Assembly: GCA_021797745.1 (NCBI GenBank)
Contig: JAJZZD010000002.1
Location: forward strand, 32,156-96,155
Direction of reading: 5' to 3'
Source of the DNA: Candidatus Micrarchaeota archaeon
GTDB lineage: Archaea; Micrarchaeota; Micrarchaeia; Micrarchaeales; CABMGC01
Length of the DNA stretch: 64,000 bases
The translations under genes were made by a program, and so were the position numbers. The notes beneath the pieces were generated by a model that was not told the DNA's origin, made no database searches, and worked only from the letters and a program-made list of their open reading frames with translations. Below, in pieces: positions 56,566-64,000 of the stretch. Position 1 is the stretch's first letter. Each line of letters begins with the position of its first letter.

Positions 56566-57060
56566 ATGGCCAGTAGGATACTCAATAGATACAGGCTTGA
56601 GGACACAGCAAAGATACTCATTGCCATTGGATTGCTGCTTGTTCTTTTTTCCTGGATTGTAGGAAATTATTATTTCGGGATCACGGGAAAGCTTACGCTG
56701 TTCGTAGTGCCTTTCATATTCACCTCCGTTCTGGCAGTTCTCCTTTTGATAATCAAATACAGATACACGCTATTTGAAAAATATCCATATCTTATGAATC
56801 TCCCCTCATTGTTCTACCGCATCAAAGAGCGGAAAGGCGCAAATAGGCAAAGCATTGCATTCAGCATGATATTCACAGTGCACGCATTGGCTATTGCCTT
56901 CCTGGGGCTATTAAGCCTGGTTTTGACAATCAGCATAGGTTCTGGTATCAAGAGCGGCTCTGCTTCTCCGTTTCTGTACACATACCTGTTTATAATTGCA
57001 ATTTTTGTTGCATCTGTGCTCTTGCAGTACCGCAGGATTTACATCAGGTTTGCGAAGTGA
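56566..57060 (+). CDS. Four-TM membrane protein
   Basis: Four hydrophobic helices, YPYLMNLP. Confidence 0.65.
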   Translation: MASRILNRYRLEDTAKILIAIGLLLVLFSWIVGNYYFGITGKLTLFVVPFIFTSVLAVLLLIIKYRYTLFEKYPYLMNLPSLFYRIKERKGANRQSIAFSMIFTVHALAIAFLGLLSLVLTISIGSGIKSGSASPFLYTYLFIIAIFVASVLLQYRRIYIRFAK

Positions 57061-57167
57061 GCAGCTGCTGGCTTAAACTTTTAAGCATTGCCGCGCAATA
57101 CATATGAAATTAAAGCTTAATTTAAAGCTTATTTAAAGTTTAATCTTGATTACTGAGTTGTTATTCA

Positions 57168-59579
57168 ATGACTGACGAAAAACCCGAATCCGTACTTGAA
57201 AACAAAGTAGAAGCTGCAGCCGGCGGCATAAAGACATCTCACTCTGCAGCGGGAATTCTGCAGCACGGCAAGACGCACGTAAAAAACTGCTTCAATTCAA
57301 TAAAAAACCACAAGAAACTCATTGCGGCGACAGCCGCGATATATCTCGCCATATCGCTAGTGATGTTCTGGCCCGTGACGCTGCACATAACGAGTACAGT
57401 CGCAGGCTACGGCGGGGACCCTTACCAGACTCTCTGGGGCATGTGGATAGTAGAACACTCTATTTTTGTAACGCACCAGAGCATATGGAGCACTAACCTA
57501 GTTTTCTGGCCTATAGGCGCCAATCTTGTTTATCAGACATTTTTTCCTATTGCATCGGTCCTCGTGACACCGTTCACTGCAATAAGCCTGCCTTTCGCAT
57601 ACAATCTGCTTTTCTTCTTCGGCTTCGTATTTTCGGGCCTGACTATGTTCCTGCTTGCAAGATACATAGTCAAAAACAATTACGCAGCATTCATAGCGGG
57701 ACTGATATTCGCCTTCAGCTCATTCCACATATCACAGTCTTACGGACATCTGAACTGGACAAACATAGAGTGGGTCCCGCTTGCGCTTTATTTCTACCTT
57801 AAGGTGATAAGGGAGGAAAATTCAAAGTATTTCAACGCTGTCATGCTTTCTGTTTCTGTGATACTGGCGATGTTCTTCGGCGACGTCGAGATGGGCATCA
57901 TGCTCGTGTTGGTCATGCTGTTGATTTTCATTTATCACCTGTTCTGGAAAAGCAAAAGGCAGCTGGTGCTCAGCAAAGGCTTCTATGCTTCGGTGGCCAT
58001 TTTTGTGCTGCTCACGGCGCTGCTGGGCAGCTGGGCTTTCCTGCCGATGTTTCATGCGCTTTCAACAAGCGGCCTGAGTGCAGTCAATTACCAGAACGGC
58101 GCGGGCACTGAAAAAATCTGGAGTTCTGACCTTCTGGCATTTTTCCTGCCTAACTATTACAACGGCATATTCAACGGGATTGCGCAATCCTACATAAATG
58201 TTTTCCATGGCGACATGGGAGAGACGGGAGCGTACATAGGATATGTCGTAATAGCTTTGGTCATTATAGGTCTGGCAAAGAAATTCAAGGGCAATAAGCT
58301 GGAAATGGGCATGTGGCTTTTGCTGGCTGTGCTGGCCTTCCTGTTTTCCTTGGGGCCGGTGATACAGATAAACGGCGTGTCTACGGGAGTGCCGGGCATA
58401 TACGGAATAATAAACAGCATACCGATACTGAATGTACTCAGGGAACCGGGCAGGTTCAACCTGATATTTACTTTGGCGTTTGCCATTCTTGCCGCGTTCG
58501 GCTCTAAATTTGTGTACGAAAAACTCGAAGCCAAATATGCGGGGAGCAGACTGTTGAAAAGAAACGTTATGTGCGCATTTGCAGTGATATCGGTAATTTT
58601 CCTTATAGAAAGCAACGGCATGCCGCTGTCTTCCGGCTTTGCAAACCAGATAACGACAAACGCGACGCAGATACCAAAGCTTTATTACGAGCTGGGCAGC
58701 ATTCCTTACAACTTTTCAGTTCTGGCGCTGCCGTCGCTGCTCAACGGCTACAGCCATGATCCAGAACTGTACCCTGCAATGAATGAATATTTCATGACTG
58801 CGTCGGACAAGCCCATGATAGGCGGCTATACTACCAGGGAAAACAGCTCCCAAATAGTCAGTATGCTTGACATACCGCTGACTGAGCAGGCGACGGGCCT
58901 GGAATATTCCCAGAACATAAACTCTTACGCATCGCCTGTCAGCGAGAATTATACCAATGAAACGCTGCTGACCCTTTACAACTACAACACTGCGTATGTA
59001 ACGCTGGATAAGAACGCGTACAATAACGCCTCGCTTTACATACTTGCAGAATACCTTTTCAACACGTTCGGAAATCCGGTTTATAACGACAACAGCACAA
59101 TCGCATTCGCGACCTCGAACGCGATAAACAATTCCATATATAGGAGTTTCGTGGCGTATCCGAACCTGAATGAGTGGAGCCCTGAAGTTTTGCAGGCCCC
59201 GAACGGTACGCTTGTCTCAGTTTGGGTCCCGTCCAAAGGAGGCAGCGTCGTTGTGTTCGCGCCGTATCCGAACAGCACATCAAAGGTGCCGATATCGACA
59301 TTGTTGGCATCAGGCAACCAATATAGCGTAAAAACCAGGATAAGCTTCGATGCGCTGTCTTTAGACGCATATGACAATTACCTTAACATAGGCACGGTCG
59401 TAGGCACAGGCGGCAGCCTGAAAGAAATAGGCACGGTGACAGTGGGACCAAAACCCGCAGCGTATTCGGTAAATGCCACGCTGGTCGCGGGGCCGTTCGG
59501 CAACGGCGTGTACTTCTACCAGAACAACACCGTAAACAGCACAGTGGCGGTCTACAACATAACGCTTTCCGGAAACTGA
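57168..59579 (+). CDS. GT-C-like (YfhO/PTPS-related) multi-TM protein with extracellular C-terminal domain
   Basis: GGDP.Q..W..W, AFIAGLIFAFS.FH, DLLAFFLP, AYIG, SLGP, LREPGRF, PMIGGY..R. Confidence 0.75.
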   Translation: MTDEKPESVLENKVEAAAGGIKTSHSAAGILQHGKTHVKNCFNSIKNHKKLIAATAAIYLAISLVMFWPVTLHITSTVAGYGGDPYQTLWGMWIVEHSIFVTHQSIWSTNLVFWPIGANLVYQTFFPIASVLVTPFTAISLPFAYNLLFFFGFVFSGLTMFLLARYIVKNNYAAFIAGLIFAFSSFHISQSYGHLNWTNIEWVPLALYFYLKVIREENSKYFNAVMLSVSVILAMFFGDVEMGIMLVLVMLLIFIYHLFWKSKRQLVLSKGFYASVAIFVLLTALLGSWAFLPMFHALSTSGLSAVNYQNGAGTEKIWSSDLLAFFLPNYYNGIFNGIAQSYINVFHGDMGETGAYIGYVVIALVIIGLAKKFKGNKLEMGMWLLLAVLAFLFSLGPVIQINGVSTGVPGIYGIINSIPILNVLREPGRFNLIFTLAFAILAAFGSKFVYEKLEAKYAGSRLLKRNVMCAFAVISVIFLIESNGMPLSSGFANQITTNATQIPKLYYELGSIPYNFSVLALPSLLNGYSHDPELYPAMNEYFMTASDKPMIGGYTTRENSSQIVSMLDIPLTEQATGLEYSQNINSYASPVSENYTNETLLTLYNYNTAYVTLDKNAYNNASLYILAEYLFNTFGNPVYNDNSTIAFATSNAINNSIYRSFVAYPNLNEWSPEVLQAPNGTLVSVWVPSKGGSVVVFAPYPNSTSKVPISTLLASGNQYSVKTRISFDALSLDAYDNYLNIGTVVGTGGSLKEIGTVTVGPKPAAYSVNATLVAGPFGNGVYFYQNNTVNSTVAVYNITLSGN

Positions 59580-59830
59580 GGAGCAGAATAAATGTTGCAG
59601 GCATGGGCAGTTGTGCTAGCCTGTTTTAGAAGTTAGCTGTTTTAACGTAGCCTTGTATGTCTGTTCTATTATTATTTGCATCACGGCTTCGAAACGCATA
59701 GCAAGCTCTTCGCTGCCAAATACTATTACCAGCTCTTCGTGCGCCGCTTTGGCATCAGAATGCGGCGGATCAGGGAATATTATTTTGTTCAATTCGTTTA
59801 TTTTGGCTCATAAAAACCAAAAACATAAAA

Positions 59831-61171
59831 ATGGTTAAATATGGGGAAAATAAAGCAAATTTAGATAATATGACAAATGAAACCGTGATAACAAAAGAGG
59901 AAAAAAGAGATGCACTTAACCGAGAACTTATTGAGGCAGCAATACATGGCGATGTAAATAAGGTACGCGAGCTCATAGGCAAGGGAGTAGACGTAAACGT
60001 TACAAATCCTGATCCTGAGCGTGAGACAGCACTGATTGTGGCCGCGGAACACGGCAATGCAGATGTTGTGGAGATTTTGATTAAGGGTGGAGCGGAGGTG
60101 GATGCTACAGGTGAATATGGAAAAATTGTGCTGATGACGGCTGCGGAACACGGCAAAGTGGAGGTTGTGAATGCTTTGATTGAGAAGGGAGTGGATGTAA
60201 ATGTGGCAGATAGAGAAGGAAAAACGGCGCTGATACTGGCTGCGGAGAATGGCAAAGCAGAGGTTGTGGATACTTTGATTAAAGGCAAGGCGAAGGTGAA
60301 TTCGAAGGACAAATGTGGTAGGACGGCGCTAATGGGGGGTGCGGCATATGGCGACGCTGAGGTTGTGAAGGCTTTGATTAAGGCTGGAGCGGAGGTGGAT
60401 GCGAAGGATAAGTATGGAAGTACGGCGCTAATTGGGGGTGCGGCATATGGCGACGCTGAGGTTGTGAAGGTTTTGATTGAGAAGGGAGCGGATATAAATG
60501 CGAAGGACATGTGGGATAGTACGGCGCTGATTGCGGCTGCGGAATTCGGTAAAGCGGAGGCTGTGAGAGCTTTGATTGAAAAGGGAGCGGAGGTGGATGC
60601 GAAGGACAACATTGGTGAAACGGCGCTGATGGAGGCTGCGTGGAATGGCAAAGTGGAGGCTGTTAAGGTTTTGATCGATAACGGCGCAGACGTAAATGCG
60701 ACTGATAGAGATGGTAAGACGGCGCTGATATTGGCTGCGGAGAATGGCAAAGCAGAGGTTGTGGATACTTTGATTAAAGGCAAGGCGAAGGTGAATTCGA
60801 AGGACAAATGGGGTAGGACGGCGCTAATTGAGTGTGCGGCATATGGCGACGCTGAGGTTGTGAAGGTTTTGATTAAGGGTGGAGCGGAGGTGGATGCGAA
60901 GGGCAACATTGGTGAAACGGCGCTGATGGAGGCTGCGTGGAATGGCAAAGTGGAGGCTGTTAAGGTTTTGATCGATAACGGCGCAGACGTAAATGCGACT
61001 GATAGAGATGGTAAGACGGCGCTGATATTGGCTGCGGAGAATGGCAAAGCAGAGGTTGTGGATACTTTGATTAAAAGTGGAGCGGAGGTGGGTGCGGCAG
61101 ATAAAGAGGTATTGCCAAGAATAAAAAGAGGGGCAGGCGATAGCAAAAACGAGCCGAACGGGCTTGCGTAA
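59831..61171 (+). CDS. Ankyrin repeat protein (about 12 repeats)
   Basis: Repeated G.TAL..AA..G..EVV..LI..GA.V[ND]A.D units of 33 aa. Confidence 0.96.
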   Translation: MVKYGENKANLDNMTNETVITKEEKRDALNRELIEAAIHGDVNKVRELIGKGVDVNVTNPDPERETALIVAAEHGNADVVEILIKGGAEVDATGEYGKIVLMTAAEHGKVEVVNALIEKGVDVNVADREGKTALILAAENGKAEVVDTLIKGKAKVNSKDKCGRTALMGGAAYGDAEVVKALIKAGAEVDAKDKYGSTALIGGAAYGDAEVVKVLIEKGADINAKDMWDSTALIAAAEFGKAEAVRALIEKGAEVDAKDNIGETALMEAAWNGKVEAVKVLIDNGADVNATDRDGKTALILAAENGKAEVVDTLIKGKAKVNSKDKWGRTALIECAAYGDAEVVKVLIKGGAEVDAKGNIGETALMEAAWNGKVEAVKVLIDNGADVNATDRDGKTALILAAENGKAEVVDTLIKSGAEVGAADKEVLPRIKRGAGDSKNEPNGLA

Positions 61172-61245
61172 AAGAGTATTTGGGCAAACGTGCGTATGTG
61201 ATTATTGTAAAGAATTAGACCCGACTTTTGTCCCAAAGCCTGAAT

Positions 61246-61941
61246 TTACGAACGTTCATCGCTAATGTTCAAAATGTCCAAAAACAACCTTGCGTTGCCG
61301 AGCATATCGTGGTCGTTGTTGAAAAACGCGAACATTTTTTTAGGATTCGCCAACTTTGCTTTTCTAGCCATGTCCTGCAACTCTTTTTCGCTGTATTCGT
61401 AGCTGTACCACGACCTTCTGCCGTGGAATCTTAAGTATACTAACCTGTTATCAGAGACAACGTGTCCGTTGAACTCTGGGGAATCTGGGCTTACTATGAC
61501 GCCATCGAAATCCAGTTTTGAGAAATCAAAATCATACCAACTCTTGTGCCTGAACTCCAATGCCGTTTTTTGACTTCCGAACGAAGCCATAAAATCCTGA
61601 AGCCTGTTCTTCAGGTTAGTGCTGAAGTTAGGAGGCATTTGAAACAGGTAAAATGAAATGCTCTTATCAAGGGGCTTGAATATCTCCATAAATTTTTCGC
61701 ATGTGCCTTCTGCTTTATCGTTCAGCATGTGGACGTGCGTTACCTGCCTGTTCATTTTCACAGACCAAGACAAACGCCCACCTTTTCTTGCCCAGCCCTT
61801 TACCTGGTTCGGAAACGGGAATCTGTAGAAGCTGGCGTTTAGCTCTATCGCGTTGAGCCCAGAATTTGCCAGGTACCAGTCAAGCGTGCCTTCCTTGTTC
61901 CACGAATAAAGCCAGCCTGACGTTCCTACAAAATATTTCAT
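61246..61941 (-). CDS. DUF72 (YecE-like) protein
   Basis: VGTSGW.Y, IELNASFYR.P, SVK..R.VTH, LFQMPP, ALEFRH.SW, YLRFHG, Y.YS..EL, FFNND. Confidence 0.93.
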   Translation of the reverse strand: MKYFVGTSGWLYSWNKEGTLDWYLANSGLNAIELNASFYRFPFPNQVKGWARKGGRLSWSVKMNRQVTHVHMLNDKAEGTCEKFMEIFKPLDKSISFYLFQMPPNFSTNLKNRLQDFMASFGSQKTALEFRHKSWYDFDFSKLDFDGVIVSPDSPEFNGHVVSDNRLVYLRFHGRRSWYSYEYSEKELQDMARKAKLANPKKMFAFFNNDHDMLGNARLFLDILNISDERS

Positions 61942-62070
61942 GCAAAACACTGCAATATGCACGCTTGCGGGTATAAAGTTATCGCCAAGATATTGCATTG
62001 CACATGCAGAGTGCTCTGTTTCAAGCAAGATTTTTATGCTTAACCAGAGTAGCTACTTAGGGTCACATCC

Positions 62071-62847
62071 ATGGCTGGCAATGTTAAATACGTGGTCGAG
62101 CCTTATTCTGAGGAAAAACGCCTATTTGGAAAATTTTTGCGCACTGAGCCAGCAAAGTCATTGGTTCTGAAGGAATTTGTGGATAGAATCGCAGATACCA
62201 TAAGAAACAAAAACGATCTGGACGCAAGCTACGTAGACGTAGGTAAGCCAGTCACGCAAAGCAACGCGGAGAAATTTGTCAGCGGCAGGCGGGCATCGCC
62301 TGGTCTTCTCGGGGATTTGGATAAACAAATAAAGATACTCCAGGATGCAAACGACCCGAACGGAGAACTTTGCGATTATTATCTAGTTGCTTCGAAAGTT
62401 GCGACACAGCTTGCAGAACAGGCAGACAAAAAGGGCAAACATGACGAAGCACTCGATTACCGGAACAAAGCCGCGGCGTATTACGATGGCGGGGAAAGAG
62501 GTGCGCTCGACAAGCTAAGACACAAAGTGCTTAACCTTGAACTGGACACCCTAAAAAAACTGCAGAATATGGGGGCTACTGAAATAACAGTGGGCATAAT
62601 TGTTGTGGGCTTCGAGGTAAAGGTTACGTTCGAGATAGATAAGCTTATAGCATATCTGGAAAAGGAGAATGCAGGAAAGCCTTCTGCAGGGAAGTTCCTC
62701 GCTGAAAAATACGATTTAGCTGCGGGTTCTGAAGGCGGTAAAGCGGGTCTGGATTTAGGGGACAATGTATATGCAATTTTCGGCACGGAAAAATTGCAGC
62801 AGCAAATCAGAACCGAGTCGGCAGATGGGCGTTTGCTCAGGAAATAA
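62071..62847 (+). CDS. Hypothetical protein
   Basis: 258-aa ORF with natural composition. Confidence 0.55.
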   Translation: MAGNVKYVVEPYSEEKRLFGKFLRTEPAKSLVLKEFVDRIADTIRNKNDLDASYVDVGKPVTQSNAEKFVSGRRASPGLLGDLDKQIKILQDANDPNGELCDYYLVASKVATQLAEQADKKGKHDEALDYRNKAAAYYDGGERGALDKLRHKVLNLELDTLKKLQNMGATEITVGIIVVGFEVKVTFEIDKLIAYLEKENAGKPSAGKFLAEKYDLAAGSEGGKAGLDLGDNVYAIFGTEKLQQQIRTESADGRLLRK

Positions 62848-62888
62848 AGGCTTATTTGAAAGTTATATAAGCTTATTCGTGCCTTATT

Positions 62889-62903
62889 TATAACTCAGTT
62901 ATA
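62889..62903. promoter_or_regulatory. Palindrome TATAAC-N3-GTTATA, candidate operator
   Basis: Perfect 6-bp inverted repeat 21 bp upstream of the HTH gene, overlapping a TTTATA box. Confidence 0.5.
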
Positions 62904-62924
62904 CATAATAGGTTAGGTTAGTTT

Positions 62925-63278
62925 ATGCCAAGCATGTACGAAATTGCAGCTGACGAAACAGTGCCGGCAGCGAGAGCGATGATAGCCAAAATGCTGATTG
63001 AAAAATACGGCATGAAAGAAGCCAAGGTTGCTGAGCTTATAGGTGTAACACAGGCGGCAATCAGCAAATATGTAAACAAAAAAATGTACAGGGTAAACGA
63101 AAAAATAAAAAATATAGAGAGCAAGCTGGGCGATGAAAAAAAGCTTCTTGAAACATATGTTAAAAATTTATCTGAAGACCACAAAGAATACGTCGATGTT
63201 TACATCTGCACGCTGTGCAATAAAGTCAATGGTTTCAAATGCGCTTTGTCACATGCCGAACAGGCATGCAGCAAGTGA
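62925..63278 (+). CDS. HTH transcriptional regulator with C-terminal Cys cluster
   Basis: PAARAMIAK.L, KVAELIGVTQAAISKY, CTLC...C...H...C; TGATG-coupled to sufB. Confidence 0.82.
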   Translation: MPSMYEIAADETVPAARAMIAKMLIEKYGMKEAKVAELIGVTQAAISKYVNKKMYRVNEKIKNIESKLGDEKKLLETYVKNLSEDHKEYVDVYICTLCNKVNGFKCALSHAEQACSK

Positions 63279-64000
63279 TGTCAATGGTAGCTGAAGAGGT
63301 ACAGAAAATCATAGAGTCAGAGGAGTACAAGGAGCGCTACGGCTTCTCGGCAGACGTCGCTTATGAAAGTTTTGAAAAGGGTCTCAGCGAAAATGTCGTT
63401 AGGAAAATATCAAAGCTGAAGGGAGAGCCTGAATGGATGCTGGAAAAGCGGCTTCTCGGATACAAGGTTTTCGAAAGCAAGCCTATGCCTCAATGGGGTG
63501 CAAACCTTAACGACATAAACTTCGACGAAATCTATTACTATAAAATGCCAAAGTCAAAGGAAGGAAACAATTGGAAAGACGTACCGCAGGAAATAAAGAG
63601 CACGTTCGACAAGCTTGGAGTGCCTGAAGCTGAGAGGAAATTCTTTGCGGGCGCAGAGGCCCAGTTCGATTCGGGAGTTGTTTACTCTAACGTAAATGCT
63701 CAATTGGAGAAATTGGGGGTTATTTTCACAGATACAGATACCGCAGTCAAAAAATATCCGGAACTTATGAAAAAATATTTCGGGAAGATCATACCTCCGA
63801 CAGACAACAAGTTTGCTGCGCTTAACACTGCAACATGGAGCGGAGGAAGTTTCATATACGTTCCGAAAGGCGTTAAGGTGCCGATGCCGCTTAACGCATA
63901 TTTCAGGATAAACGCGAAGAGCTCCGGACAGTTCGAAAGAACTCTGATTATCGCGGACGAGGGAGCAGATGTGGTATATTTAGAGGGCTGCACCGCGGCC
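63278..64000 (+). CDS. sufB: Fe-S cluster assembly protein SufB (3' truncated by window)
   Basis: Translated by hand: KGLSENVVRKIS..KGEPEWML..RL, W.DVP.EIK.TFDKLG.PEAE, DNKFAALN.A.WSGGSFIYVPKG, GQFERTLIIAD, YLEGCTA. Confidence 0.95.
   Translation, partial: MSMVAEEVQKIIESEEYKERYGFSADVAYESFEKGLSENVVRKISKLKGEPEWMLEKRLLGYKVFESKPMPQWGANLNDINFDEIYYYKMPKSKEGNNWKDVPQEIKSTFDKLGVPEAERKFFAGAEAQFDSGVVYSNVNAQLEKLGVIFTDTDTAVKKYPELMKKYFGKIIPPTDNKFAALNTATWSGGSFIYVPKGVKVPMPLNAYFRINAKSSGQFERTLIIADEGADVVYLEGCTAA

Noticed and set aside
57108-57145. TTAAAGCTTA short tandem/palindromic run (also short duplications near 50243 and 50899-50933)
   Set aside because: Short AT-rich repeats in promoter or island DNA with no further supporting structure
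59617-59793. Possible 58-aa minus-strand ORF with TTG start
   Set aside because: No motif, weak start and no clear SD; cannot be supported
59770-61236. 488-aa minus-strand ORF
   Set aside because: Antisense shadow of the repetitive ankyrin gene; Ser/Ala/Thr-rich mirror composition

Overview
Archaeal chromosomal window: Alba, GatD/GatE, aIF5B, a DGGGP-synthase-like UbiA, SecF/SecD, EndoQ, YchF and an intron-containing tRNA. The gene style (compact genes, many orphans, class III pilin-like proteins) suggests DPANN, probably Micrarchaeota; this placement is inference only. Most of the window is housekeeping, envelope and repair genes. Two tRNA-linked accessory islands are present. Beside tRNA-Leu(CAG) are toxin-antitoxin genes, a GC-rich hairpin cluster and a DDE IS. 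At tRNA-Thr(CGU) is a 5 kb AT-rich island with a 21-bp att duplication, decayed nuclease/GmrS genes and an intact five-gene operon containing a TM-HEPN-like protein. The most unusual locus is 21.0-24.7 kb. A 478-aa tandem Lrp/AsnC-like regulator with a transposase-like N-terminus is followed by an intact orphan copy of its own C-terminal domain. Each copy is followed by a convergent Gly-rich micro-ORF with its own TATA box and SD-like motif (MVGEGGNGNG and MLGEGEAGGASGG). The 5' ends of both micro-transcripts are perfectly complementary (14-15 nt) to the mRNA of the divergent small-gene operon. This looks like an undescribed regulator/micropeptide-or-sRNA system with a swappable specificity cassette. 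All family calls come from motif recognition by eye, not from database searches.
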